Shown here: piece by piece, positions 12,594-24,824 of the stretch
Numbering within the stretch: position 1 is the first letter of the stretch
How the letters are laid out: each line of letters starts with the position of its first letter
Source: Macrostomum hystrix
Lineage: Eukaryota; Animalia; Platyhelminthes
Length of the DNA: 64,000 bases
Assembly (NCBI GenBank): GCA_950097015.1
Contig: CATNEN010000005.1
Location: forward strand, 3,286,001-3,350,000
Direction: 5' to 3'
Position numbers and translations under genes: made by a program
Notes under the pieces: generated by a model
The model's input: the letters and a program-made list of their open reading frames with translations, nothing else
Told to the model about the DNA's origin: nothing
Databases searched by the model: none

Positions 12594-12678
12594 TGCAAAT
12601 AATTTAACACTGCAAATAATTTAACACTGCAAATAATTTAACACTGCAAATAATTTAACACTGCAAATAATTTAACAC
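12594..12678 (+). repeat. Five copies of 17-bp TGCAAATAATTTAACAC at the LINE 5' junction
   Basis: Direct inspection; begins in the right arm of a 10-bp-stem hairpin at 12580-12602. Confidence 0.95.
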
Positions 12679-12870
12679 TGAGGATAGCACTGAACCTGAG
12701 GATAACGCTGAACCTGAGGATAACACTGAACCTGAGGATAACACTGAACCTGAGGATAGCACTGAACCTGAGGATAGCACTGAACCTGAGGATAACGCTG
12801 AACCTGAGGATAACACTGAACCTGAGGATAACACTGAACCTGAGGATAGCACTGAACCTGAGGATAACAC
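12679..12870 (+). repeat. 18-bp tandem array, right part (continuation beyond the LINE)
   Basis: Same unit and orientation as 7118-9346. Confidence 0.95.
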
Positions 12871-13485
12871 AACACAGTGTGGTCAAGTTTTAGCAGATAT
12901 TATTCCCCCCCCTAACAAATCTAGCTGCCTATATATCCGAATAAGTAATATTGCTTTGTATTACATGTATGCACATGTGCATGTACATTTATAAATATTT
13001 GTGTTAGCGGCATCGGGTTGTGTACGTTTGCAGTTGGACAAGAGTTTAACTGGCCCTGCTCATTGCTCAGTTTTACACTCACTCTTTCTGCAGCCAAAAA
13101 ACTAAGGATCTATTTCTCATTCATTGGTCTGTTAACAATAAAACGTGAGTATATTATCGGAAAACAACACATGACCCCTGGCCCAGACTCTCAGAAGTCT
13201 TCCGAGCGAAGAAGCAGACAATATTAATCTACTCGTAAGAGCTAGTCTCATTTGAGTCCAACGCGTTTTGTAAAGAAAATTCAGAGAATAAAACGAATGG
13301 TTTGAGTTAGGTCCCTGCATTTTTAACCGAATGCTAATTAGGAAACCCGATTGAAGTCCTGCAAAGTGTGACGCCCGGAACCAGCGTTCTATCAGCACAA
13401 ATGGGATTTGAAGGTAAACTAGTCCGAATTGTTCAAAAACTGAAATTTAAATCTTGCATATTTGCGTCTTTAAAAGCTTCCGAAA

Positions 13486-14688
13486 ATGACGAGCCGGTTA
13501 ACAAAAATGCTGCAAAAAACCACATGCTCAGGCCGATTGATTTCGAGGGCGTTCCTGCTAGTCATGGTGTTTACGCTGCTCTTCTTGCTGATCTGCAGTG
13601 GCCAGTATGAGAACTGGTGGCAAGCCAAGCCTGTCCGCATAGTTTTACACGAAACTAGCTTCAGTGCAGCAGGCGCCAAGTCAGTCAGGGCGCCTCCGCG
13701 ACCTCCGGTGAGCGGACTGCCGTGTCGAGAGCTGCCCGAACGATTCCCGGACTCCATTCCGCCGATCGTGCACTGGACCACCAAGGATGGCCGAGTGCAC
13801 AAGCTTCTACTCCAAACAGTGAAGTCGTGGCACATTCTAAAGAATCGACACGACCCGAACTCAACACTGAAGTGGTACTTCATGCACTGGGACGACTTCC
13901 AGATCAAGAAGCTGGTTGAGAAGCACTACCCAGTGCTGAGCAAGAGCTACTCAAAGCTGGCAAACGGTCTCGAGAGATCCGACATCGGACGGCTGGTCGT
14001 GCTGCACCACGTCGGGGGTGTGTACGTCGACCTGGACGTCGAGATCAGACGGGACCTCACGCCGCTGCTGATGCCTGAAAACCAGCAGCCAGGCGATGAC
14101 GAAGCCTCAGCTGGATCCAGGAAGTCAGCCGGCTGCCGATCAGCTCTGTGGAGTCTGGAGCCTCCGGAACACGCCGAGTTCATATTCAAACGGAGTTCGC
14201 TTATTTCGAATGCGTTCATGATGAGCAGAGCGAAGCACAGCTTCCTGGAATATGTGCTCAGCAGCTGGCCCGCTTGGTTCGAGGCCAACTGGGCGAAAAA
14301 GTCCAGAACCCACGGCCATGCAGCGTTCGCAACGGGTCCGATGATGCTGCAGACATTCTACGATAAGTACGCAGCGCTGAACAAAACCAGCCGTCCAAGC
14401 GATTGGTGCGACAGCATGTTGGCAGAGCCAGAGCTGTTCCAGCCAATCATAGACAACTGGTTTATTAAGGCCGTGCTGATTCCAGGCTGTGCAAAAATGG
14501 AGAAGCTGTCAGAGAACGGGCAGGCTCTTTGTCGGAATGCCCAGTGCGCGAACTTCAAGAACAGAGAGGTTCCGAGCACAGCCTACACAATACACCACTT
14601 CATGCACCTCAGCTACACGAATAATATGAAGCTGGACGATTCCCAGTGCATCATGCGACTCCTGCCTATCCTAACTTGCAAGATTTAG
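13486..14688 (+). CDS. GT32-family glycosyltransferase, paralog B
   Basis: Same motifs as paralog A, with long stretches of near nucleotide identity. N-terminal TM helix; exact start uncertain. Confidence 0.88.
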   Translation: MTSRLTKMLQKTTCSGRLISRAFLLVMVFTLLFLLICSGQYENWWQAKPVRIVLHETSFSAAGAKSVRAPPRPPVSGLPCRELPERFPDSIPPIVHWTTKDGRVHKLLLQTVKSWHILKNRHDPNSTLKWYFMHWDDFQIKKLVEKHYPVLSKSYSKLANGLERSDIGRLVVLHHVGGVYVDLDVEIRRDLTPLLMPENQQPGDDEASAGSRKSAGCRSALWSLEPPEHAEFIFKRSSLISNAFMMSRAKHSFLEYVLSSWPAWFEANWAKKSRTHGHAAFATGPMMLQTFYDKYAALNKTSRPSDWCDSMLAEPELFQPIIDNWFIKAVLIPGCAKMEKLSENGQALCRNAQCANFKNREVPSTAYTIHHFMHLSYTNNMKLDDSQCIMRLLPILTCKI

Positions 14689-15565
14689 GCTAAAGTTTAA
14701 ACATTTAGACTGAATGAAGGCCAACGCTCCAACTCCAAGATGGTGGACTTAAATTCATTGTTGGAGGCGACTTTCATTAAGAATTTGTAACTTTTACTAA
14801 TGATAACTTTTTTTGAGTCTGTTAGAAGCACTTTAACAAGTATGCTAGGACAACTAAGGAACTTTGGTGTTATTAAGTTGTCCTTGCAAATATGCACACT
14901 TGCTAGACAAAATAGACAAAATATTCTTTTTAATTTGCTCTGAAGTTGTAAACTTTAACTATAATTAATTTTCAAGGTGAATAAACTGGTTAGTCAAAAT
15001 GAAAAGCTCAAAGTATTTTAATTAGCTCGTACACGATACGAGCTAATTTGCTTGTCACTTGGGGCTCTACATCCGGATAAGAAAAAACCACACTGGTGGT
15101 AGTGGATTGATGCTTCTAAATTGAACACAGGTAACACTGCAGTTGCAGTGTTCAGCAATGGGAATTCAAATTCAGTCAGAGAAGAAAAACTGGTAGAGTC
15201 AGGGATGGGTCATCACGGCTTCCTCTCTGTCCCTTCACTTCTTTAATCCCACGCCGGCCATGTTGCTGCATAGAGGCAGAAAATTTCCCTCTCCGCGTAC
15301 GCACAGGATCCTCCACCTCCCCCCTCTTTCGGCCGAATCGATCGATGGCTGGTGGGGAGTGGCTCGGTGCCCCACTGTCCACGGATGTTCGGGGAGAGAG
15401 AGGGTTTGCGAGTTGGAAGGGACAAAAATTACTGGCCTCTGCCCCGCTCCCAACCCCATCAAAGACGGTTTCAAAATAGCCTGCAGCTTGGAAACCATCA
15501 GGACAAAATAAATGATCACAGGATTCCTAAATTCTAGACCTAAACAGAGCGATCAGACCACTATC

Positions 15566-17460
15566 ATGCGTTCCACAACAGTGCTCATCTCCATCTGCAC
15601 CCTGAGTGAGTCTTCTATTTCTGTTAATTTAATATAACGGCCATAATTAGAAGTGCATTTTAACCGAATGCTAACAACAGACCAGAAAATTAGTCTGAGA
15701 GCACACAAGCAAGGCTGTTCATTTACAATACTTTATCATGCGCGTGCCATGTGATGTGAACAACTGAGTTTTGTTCTCAAAGAATACGGTATAACTGAGT
15801 GAGTAGAGAATTAACAAACGCTGGTTATACAATAGAAATCGAGAATGAGCATTGTAAAATGAATGGCGCGATAGAAGAGGCAGTATACGAGATGGGGCTT
15901 TTAATACTTGAAAACACAATGGCGCGGTTATGTGTATTGTAAGTGGCTCTGCTTGCTAGTTGCTAGAGATATGCCTAATTGCTAGAAACGGTTGATCCGA
16001 CTGGTGCACTATTTGGCGACAGTTGAAGCCAGCCTGCAGGAGGCAATTAATTTTGTTCATTCCGTTCACCCTGAGTATACACATGCACACAGGGTGTGTG
16101 TACATCTGCTCTGAGAGATGCAGTTGGTGAGAGATGCAGTGGAGTAGACCCGTAGTTTCAAGCATCCATTCGTCCAAATTGCAGGCCTATTCTCAAGCAT
16201 CTGTCACCTCGCATCCGCTAAGGTGGAGTGCTACGTCTGTCCCAAAAACGAACTGTCTAACTGCGCAAAGTCTAGCACATCGGCCAGTTTCTCAGAGCCA
16301 GTGAACTACGAACTAGAAAACTGGTAAGTTAGCTCGAATTTCACCATTAAATAGCTTATAAGCAAAGTACAAATCAATTAGTTCATTCAGAATTTCATTT
16401 CTTACACTGCGTATAGCACATTCGGATGTGGCAAGCTGGTTTCCTGGAATCCTAAGCTGCCAACTCAGCAGGACTATGTCGGACTGAGAAGTGAGTCTTT
16501 GTAATCCGATCCATGTTGCTCTTGTGATGATAGCTTGTTATAACAGGTGGACACAGACTGAACACAGGTGTACACTAATAGAACACAGGTGGACACAGAC
16601 TGAACACAGGTGTACACTAATAGAACACAGGTGTACACTAATAGAACACAGGTAACACTAGTAACAGGTGTACAATATTTGAACACAGGTAACACTAGTA
16701 ACAGGTGTACACTAATTGAACACAGGTAACACTAGTAACAGGTGTACAATAATTGAACACAGGTAACACTAGTAACAGGTGTACACTAATAGAACACAGG
16801 TAACACTAGTAACAGGTGTACACTAATAGAACACAGGTAACACTAGTAACAGGTGTACACTAATAGAACACAGGTAACACTAGTAACAGGTGCACACTAA
16901 TAGAACACAGGTAACACTAGTAACAGGTGTACACTAATAGAACACAGGTAACACTAGTAACAGGTGCACACTAATTGAACACAGGTAACACTAGTAACAG
17001 GTGTACACTAATAGAACACAGGTAACACTAGTAACAGGTGTACACTAATTGAACACAGGTAACACTAGTAACAGGTGCACACTAATAGAACACAGGTAAC
17101 ACTAGTAACAGGTGCACACTAATAGAACACAGGTAACACTAGTAACAGGTGCACACTAATAGAACACAGGTAACACTAGTACCAGGTGTACACTAATTGA
17201 ACGCAGGTGACCCTATAGTCAAAGGTAGTCATGCACTGATTCTCCAACGCATTGTTACAGGTACCGTTCGCAACCTGGAGTACAAGTACTGCGTCAATAG
17301 TTCGGGCTGGACTGGCTGCTTCAAGAGTGAATCTGCCATCACAACCAGCATTGAATGCGTCTGCACTGACAGCCGGTGCAACGGAGCCGGGCGAGGCACA
17401 GCCAAGCTGTGTACACTGGCGGCTATGATGACCATCGTATGGTCCGTGTTGGCTGTGTGA
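15566..17460 (+). CDS. GPI-anchored Ly6/uPAR (three-finger, Quiver/Sleepless-like) protein; exons 15566-15605, 16185-16323, 16417-16490, 17219 (or 17261)-17460
   Basis: Phase-consistent splicing gives signal peptide MRSTTVLISICTLSLFSSICHLASA, then KVECYVC...C...CTFGCGK...C...C...CVCTDSRCN and a hydrophobic C-terminal tail. Confidence 0.82.
16545..17200 (+). repeat. 37-bp tandem array (AACACAGGTAACACTAGTAACAGGTGTACACTAATAG) in Ly6 intron 3
   Basis: Period of 37 confirmed (16801 to 16838). Confidence 0.95.
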
Positions 17461-18065
17461 CAGCTGCCGGCTACTCAAAGTTTCAGTTGCTATGAGAGCG
17501 AGCACTTTGAATAATCTTATTTGTTGTCTTCTAGCTAAAGAAAACAAATTTTCGTGTTTAATTACATCCGCAATATTTATACTCCCTCAGTATCTTAGCA
17601 CTTGTCAGTTAGTTTTTTAGATTAAAACATGCTTTTATTTGTCATAATCGTCAATTTAACATACACAATAATGAGAAGCAAGTAGGACCTCTTTTTCTGG
17701 TAATTTGCTAACTGTATCTAGTTCATTATTTCTAATTTACCTCGATATGCATGTGAACAGCAACAACCAGAGTGACTTAGCAACTGATGCTATAGTTTTT
17801 TCTCTCCATTTGCTCAGCTTCAAGATCTTTTTGTTTGATTAGAAATCATTATGCACCTGTTTTGCTTGAACACTTTTTCACGATCAGTAAAAACTGTGTT
17901 TAATTACATGAAACAATGTGTAAGCTGATAATATGAACTTAAAAGCTGTTAAGTAGAGACATCGAAATTGATAAAATTAATCGTTTCATTTATATTTGCG
18001 TTCTAAATAATCCTTACATTCATAATGTAGTTTCTCCTGAGTCCTGACATCTTCCTAGATATCAG

Positions 18066-18368
18066 GGACTGCGGGGTCGATGGCAGAGCGGTTAACGCGT
18101 TTGCCTCTCGCACCAAGGTCCCTGAGCTCGATTCCGCGGCGAGGCCACATTCATTTGGGGCGCAGCCGCGGAGAGAAGGCTTGGGGGCTTGTCGTGCAAT
18201 TTACGCCCTTGATGGCCAACCTCCAAGGCCCAGTGAGAATGTACAGTGCCTAAAAATGAGAAAGTCAGGGCAGATGTACACCTGTGTGCGTGTGTGCTCA
18301 GGAGTCAGCGAAATGGGCAGAATCGCTGGCTGCGGTTCTAGTGTCACTAAATAATGTGCCGTTTGCCA
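18066..18368 (+). mobile_element. tRNA-derived SINE family A
   Basis: A box TGGCAGAGCGG and B-box-like GAGCTCGATTCC; high similarity to 56165-56515 and 26180-26350. Confidence 0.82.
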
Positions 18369-18985
18369 TTTGCATACTGTGAACAGATGTACACAGTATT
18401 AATGAAAAAGAGAATTAGTTAGTTAGTGCCTTTCTGATTGTTGTGACGCAGTGATACATTTATTTAAGATACATAGTTTAGCTAGTGTAGTACACAGGGG
18501 AAATGCCAATAGGGACAGGACAGCAACCATGTACACAGATGTTTAAAGTAGTGATTTTTCGGTACTAAATAAATTCAGTCGAAGGCAAGTCTAGACCAGA
18601 TCTCATTCGCATGGCATCCGGGAGCCGAATTCTGATTCAATTCGTAGAAGTCGCCGTCACGGGCGACGAGCGAGAAGTTGACGGACGCGCTGTCATCCGC
18701 GGGCACAATGGACAAATAGATAGTAGTATTCGTGGTTCCGTTCAATGTCTCCTTCGTCTTATCTTTGAGATCATCGGCGCTGACAAACACCAGGCCGGGA
18801 CTCGATGGCGTGGCCACAGCCGAATAGTCATTCAAAGCCGAGCTGGGGTTCTCCATACTGCGCGAGACATCCAGGGCTGCATTTCCGGTAGTCTAATTCA
18901 AGCCGTATGTCCTCCACTTTACGCGAGATGCCGACGTGTCGCAAACGTTACGTCTGGTTCCTGGCTACAGCTGCCACTCACAGGA

Positions 18986-19255
18986 TATAGTCTGATTCTC
19001 ACATGGAAATAGTCTGATTCTCACAGAATACAGTCTGATTCTCACAGAATATAGTCTGATTCTCACAGAATATAGTCTGATTCTCAAGAATATAGCCTGA
19101 TTCTCACAGAATATAGTCTGATTCTCAAGAATATAGCCTGATTCTCACAGAATATAGTCTGATTCTCAGAGAATATAGTCTGATTCTCACAGAATATAGT
19201 CTGATTCTCACAGAATATAGTCTGATTCTCAGAGAATATAGTCTGATTCTCACAT
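18986..19255 (+). repeat. 21-bp tandem array (ATATAGTCTGATTCTCACAGA)
   Basis: Direct inspection. Confidence 0.95.
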
Positions 19256-19450
19256 TTGATGGGATGGGATAGGATAGGATGGGATAGGACGGGATGGGAT
19301 AGGATGGGATGGGATGGGATAGGATAGGATGGGATGAGATAGGATGGGATGGGATGGGATGGGATGAGATAGGATGGGATAGGATGGGATGAGATAGGAT
19401 GGGCTGGGATGGCTAGGATCAATGGGATGGGATGGCTAGGATCAATCGGA
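19256..19450 (+). repeat. (GGGAT/AGGAT)n pentanucleotide microsatellite
   Basis: Direct inspection. Confidence 0.95.
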
Positions 19451-20384
19451 TGGGAGACAATAATCTAGGGTACAAGGCTAATGAATCGGATAGGAGTAAG
19501 ATGGACGAGTGGAATAAGGGGATCAGAATTAGGGTAGCAAGCCCTAATCAGGAAATCTATTAGATCTAAGAAAAATCGGTAAATATCAGCCCGTTGAAGA
19601 TTATTAAACAGGAGAGGCGTTGATAAATAAATTTGACTGAAAATTTGGAAATCACAAACAGGAACAATGCCAGCACCAGCTAAAGTACACGCGAGTAACC
19701 ACATAAAACATTTTTGCTTCCTTTAGCACCTTTAACCAGAGTTCCTTTGAAGAAGATAAACTAGCTGTTAGCTATTTCTCATTACCTCCCGATATGTAGC
19801 GAAAAAGGTATTTCTAAAGTACGTTTTCTAAAATAGTTTTACACTGTATTTCAAATACCCAGAGATATTCAACAATTCTTGTCGATGTGTCTGGTGGCAA
19901 AAACCACTAATGCAGGCGTACTTTTCTGCTCACAAAATTTCAGCATGCAACCATGAAAGAGTAGATAAGAGTTTATCGGGAAGTAGGCAGTGGGTATTTT
20001 TAATATCCCCCGTGGTCCTTCCCTAAGTGGGATAAAGCATGGTATTCTTTCTACTAAAGTTAAAATAATTAACACTTTAAAATACAATCTGAGAATAACA
20101 TTTTGTTCGTCACGCAAAACTTCACTATTAGATTCAACTATAGTTGAGACTCGCCTATAAAAAGTTATTCAAGTTAGCTGTAACTAAATGACTAGAAATA
20201 GATGCATTATCTTCTACTCGAAGTAGGATAAACAGGTTTTTCGCATTCTAAAAATTTGCAATACACAAGGCAAGTTACGGTGTGAATACAATTATAAAAT
20301 CTATTATGCAAAACTGAAACAATTATTTTGCTATGATACAAATCATTCAATTGTTTAAGTCTAAGCTAGGGTGCTTTTTCAGAA

Positions 20385-22200
20385 GTAGATATACAGAGAC
20401 TGAGAAGTAGATAGAGACCAAAGTAGATTGAGAAGCAGATAGAGACCAAAGTAGATTGAGAAGCAGATAGAGACCAAAGTAGACAAAGAAGTAGATAGAG
20501 ACCAAAGTAGACTGAGAAGTAGATAGAGACCAAAGTAGACTGAGAAGTAGATATAGACCAAAGTAGACTGAGAAGTAGATATAGACCAAAGTAGACTGAG
20601 AAGTAGATAGAGACCAAAGTAGACTGAGAAGCAGATAGAGACCAAAGTAGACAAAGAAGTAGATAGAGACCAAAGTAGACTGAGAAGTAGATAAAGACCA
20701 AAGAAGACTGAGAAGTAGATAGAGACCAAAGTAGACTGAGAAGCAGATAGAGACCAAAGTAGATTGAGAAGCACATAGAGACCAAAGTAGATTGAGAAGC
20801 AGATAGAGACCAAAGTAGACTGAGAAGTAGATAGAGACCAAAGTAGACTGAGAAGCAGATAGAGACCAAAGTAGATTGAGAAGCAGATAGAGACCAAAGT
20901 AGATTGAGAAGCAGATAGAGACCAAAGTAGACTGAGAAGCAGATAGAGACCAAAGTAGATTGAGAAGCAGATAGAGACCAAAGTAGACTGAGAAGTAGAT
21001 AGAGACCAAAGTAGACAAAGAAGTAGATAGAGACCAAAGTAGACTGAGAAGCAGATAGAGACCAAAGTAGACTGAGAAGTAGATAGAGACCAAAATAGAT
21101 AAAGAAGCAGATAGAGACCAAAATAGATAAAGAAGTAGATAGAGACCAAAGTAGACAAAGAAGTAGATAGAGACCAAAGTAGACAAAGAAGTAGATAGAG
21201 ACCAAAGTAGACGGAGGAGCAGATAGAGAATAAAGTAGCCTGAGAAGTAGATAAAGACCAAAGTAGACTGAGAAGTAGATAGAGACCAAAGTAGACGGAG
21301 AAGTAGATAAAGACCAAAGTAGACTGAGAAGTAGATAGAGACCAAAGTAGACTGAGAAGCAGATAGAGACCAAAGTAGACTGAGAAGCAGATAGAGACCA
21401 AAGTAGACTGAGAAGCAGATAGAGACCAAAGTAGACTGAGAAGCAGATAGAGACCAAAGTAGACTGAGAAGCAGATAGAGACCAAAGTAGACTGAGAAGC
21501 AGATAGAGACCAAAGTAGACTGAGAAGTAGATAGAGACCAAAATAGATAAAGAAGCAGATAGAGACCAAGATAGATAAAGAAGTAGATAGAGACCAAAGT
21601 AGACGGAGGAGCAGATAGAGAATAAAGTAGCCTGAGAAGTAGATAAAGACCAAAGTAGACTGAGAAGTAGATAGAGACCAAAGTAGACGGAGAAGTAGAT
21701 AAAGACCAAAGTAGACTGAGAAGTAGATAGAGACCAAAGTAGACTGAGAAGCAGATAGAGACCAAAGTAGACTGAGAAGCAGATAGAGACCAAAGTAGAC
21801 TGAGAAGCAGATAGAGACCAAAGTAGACTGAGAAGCAGATAGAGACCAAAGTAGACTGAGAAGCAGATAGAGACCAAAGTAGACTGAGAAGCAGATAGAG
21901 ACCAAAGTAGACTGAGAAGCAGATAGAGACCAAAGTAGACTGAGAAGCAGATAGAGACCAAAGTAGACTGAGAAGTAGATAGAGACCAAAGTAGACTGAG
22001 AAGCAGATAGAGACCAAAGTAGACAAAGAAGTAGATAGAGACCAAAGTAGACTGAGAAGCAGATAGAGACCAAAGTAGACTGAGAAGTAGATAAAGACCA
22101 AAGTAGACTGAGAAGTAGATAAAGACCAAAGTAGACTGAGAAGTAGATAGAGACCAAAGTAGACAGACAAGTAGATAGAGACCAAAGTAGACAAAAGTAG
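20385..22200 (+). repeat. 28-bp tandem array (GAAGYAGATAGAGACCAAAGTAGACTGA)
   Basis: Period of 28 confirmed; lies just downstream of the RIC-3 stop codon. Confidence 0.97.
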
Positions 22201-22300
22201 CTAGAGATCTAGAGACAGAAGTAGATAGAGATAATGATAGACGGTGAGAGAACAGAAGTAGATGGAACAACAGTATGTGAATAAGGCCCGCAGTCTCCGC

Positions 22301-23410
22301 CTAGCCAGTGCAGTCAACAGCCGGGCCGCAGTCTCCGTTGCGAATCGCCGTCAACAGGCGCACCATTCGGGCCTCGGTGGCGGCTAATTCTCGACGCAAA
22401 GCCGCCCTGTCGGCCATAGAATCGCTGGATTGCTGACGCCATTGGTAGCCCTCAATGGTCGGCGACTGCTGCTGCTGCTGCTGATGCAGTTCTCTGGCGT
22501 CGAGGCGTTTAACCAGACGTTGAAGATCGCGCTCTAACGACTCGAGCGGCAGTTCGTCGGTAGAAGGGCCAGGATCCGGTTGTGACAGCTGAGTTAGGGA
22601 AATGCGTAGGGATTTTACTACCTAACTTACTTTAGGGATTATTAAGATCCCTAAATTTGCGATTAAAAAGATCCCTAAAATTGGGATTATCAAGATCCCT
22701 AAAATTGGGATTATCAAGATCCCTAAAATTGGGATTATCAAGATCCCTAAAATTGGGATTATCAAGATCCCTAAAATTGGGATTATCAAGATCCCTAAAA
22801 TTGGGATTATGAAGATCCCTAAAAAGTGGATTATCAAGATGCCTTGAAGCGGGCTTAAAAGATCCATAAACCTGGGATTCAGACTCACAACAGCAGGGTT
22901 GAACTGATTGACTCCTCTACCACTCGGAGTGTCTCGACTGCGTCTGAATTCGCCAATCGACGCGTCGTACACGATAGCGTCTCCGGAACTGTCAAACGGT
23001 GCAGCCGATTCAGCATTTGGTTGGGCGCCAGCTGCAGACGGCTGCCTTCTGGGCGGACGAACGCTGAGAAATCGAACCAAAGTGTAGATTAGGAAGCACA
23101 CAATGGCTATACTATAGATTGGCAGCACGATAGCCAATAGTAGGGAGGCCTGCGGTTGCTGCTGATGCATTGGGCCGCCCCGGTAGTGCGCGCTGGGACC
23201 AGGCGGCGGCCTTGACAACGGTTGCTGACCAGCTAATTGTTGCCGGGTCGAATGGCTGTCAAGGGTGTTGGACGATTGAAAAACTCGAGACCCGATGGCC
23301 GCTAGCATTGGCCGCAGCAGACCGGGATAGATGGCCGACAGGCACGCGACTGCTATGGCGACGGCTACGCCAAGTTTGGCGATGCCTATACTGCTCGAGG
23401 CTGCGTCCAT
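22301..23410 (-). CDS. RIC3: RIC-3 nicotinic acetylcholine receptor chaperone; exons 23410 (or 23455)-22889 and 22588-22301
   Basis: TM1 LGVAVAIAVACLSAIYPGLLRPM, Pro/Gly-rich spacer, TM2 IVLPIYSIAIVCFLIYTLVRF and coiled coil RRELAATEARMVRLL in exon 2. Phase-0 GTGAGT...CAG intron. Confidence 0.85.
22630..22835 (+). repeat. 24-bp array (GGGATTATCAAGATCCCTAAAATT) in the RIC-3 intron
   Basis: Direct inspection; each unit holds a GGGAT...ATCCC mini-hairpin. Confidence 0.93.
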
Positions 23411-23494
23411 GCATTGAGGCTGCGGAGAGATGACACGGCTGCTTATTGGAGCCATTTAGGGGAAGCAAAATAGATGCGGAGTGACGTGGGTGCC

Positions 23495-24045
23495 GACTGC
23501 AGAGTGAGGTGGATGGGAAGTGAGGTAGTTGGGGAGTGAGGTGGGTGCGGAGTGAGGTGGATGGGGAGTGAGGTGGGTGCGGAGTGAGGTGGGTGCTAAG
23601 TGAAGTGGGTGGGAAGTGAGGTGGATCTGTAGTGATTAAGATGCGAAGTGAGGTGGGCGTGTAGCGACAAAGATGCGGATGTGGAGTGAGGTGGATGGTG
23701 ACTGAGGTGGATGGTGACTGAGGTGGATGGGGAGTGAGGTGGATGGGGAGTGAGGTGGGTGCGGAGTGAGGTGGGTGTGAAGTGAAGTGGCTGGGAAGTG
23801 AGGTAGATCTGTAGTGATTAAGATGCGAAGTGAGGTGGGCATGTAGAGACAAAGATGCGGATGTGGAGTGAGGTGGATGGGGAGTGAGGTGGGTGCGGAG
23901 TGAGGTGGGTGGGAAGTGAGGTGGATCTGTAGAGATTAAGATGCGAAGTGAGGTGGGCGTGTAGAGACAAAGATGTGGATTGGGACGTATGTGGAGTGAA
24001 GTGGTGGGGAGTGAGGTGGATGGGGAGTGAGGTGGGTGTGGAGTC
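23495..24045 (+). repeat. Complex G-rich repeat (GAGTGAGGTGG-based) with a longer block repeated three times
   Basis: The block GTGATTAAGATGCGAAGTGAGGTGGGC...ACAAAGATG recurs near 23630, 23815 and 23930. Confidence 0.85.
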
Positions 24046-24824
24046 TTGAGGAAATGTTACGGGGTTGGGTTTAATGTACAGGAGGATAATAGGTTCGGAG
24101 TGAGGTTCAGATGCGGTAAAGGCAAAAATTAACCAGTTTGACATGAAAGTTGACAGAAATTCATGATTGATTTTAATAATTATAAAATGAAACATTAATC
24201 AAATTTGAGACAGTTTAAGCAATTTCTTTTTTCCATAAAATGCACTTCGATTTCTAATCACAACCAAACGCAGACTAAAATCTAATTGAAAATATAGTAC
24301 ATTAACGAATCACAAAACAGACAACATTTTAGGAAGCCATTCCCAACTAGAAAAACAGACCGTTAAGACAGCCAGTAATTATATTTGTTTTTTTAGAATA
24401 CAGCCAAATTGATTTAGATAGAATTGCAAGAAGAATTCATTGATAACCAAACCACCCAGAGGAGATTGGAAGTAGGCTTAGCCGCTGAATATCGTTAAAA
24501 TTCAAGCACTAAGTAGCAATGTCCGCCTATGCTTGCAGAGCACAATGCAACTCTATGGCTTATTTGGCAGTGCAAATAAAGGCACGAAACGGGGTCAAAC
24601 TTTTAAGACATGCCAAAAAAACTAGTTTAAAACATTGCCCTAAATGAAAGGTAGAGACAAATAGACAGGCCTACAATAGGTTGCTTCAGTCAGTCAGTAA
24701 TAAATTTGAAAGTAACATTCGAACATACATGTGTGTTCGACTAGTCAATAAACCATAGGGATAGGGATATTGATCACCCACTTTGGGATTTTAAATATGA
24801 GTAGAGAAATATGAATATTACATT

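Noticed and set aside
9445-12624. Plus-strand ORFs overlapping the LINE, and similar antisense ORFs over CCDC43, ABCB7 and DENND3 exons
   Set aside because: They are shadow frames of GC-rich coding sequence with no recognisable motifs.
5396-14688. Horizontal transfer of the GT32 genes
   Set aside because: Motif style alone is not evidence. GT32 members exist in animals, paralog A appears to have an intron, and no phylogeny could be run.
13316-15674. 21-22 nt match TGCATTTT(T)AACCGAATGCTAA at 13316 and 15654
   Set aside because: A real match, but isolated with no extended homology; it cannot be assigned to an element or function.
23411-23455. RIC-3 start at 23455 as given by the ORF track
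   Set aside because: A good acceptor (CTCTCCGCAG| at 23420) lies downstream of it, favouring the ATG at 23410. Kept only as an alternative.
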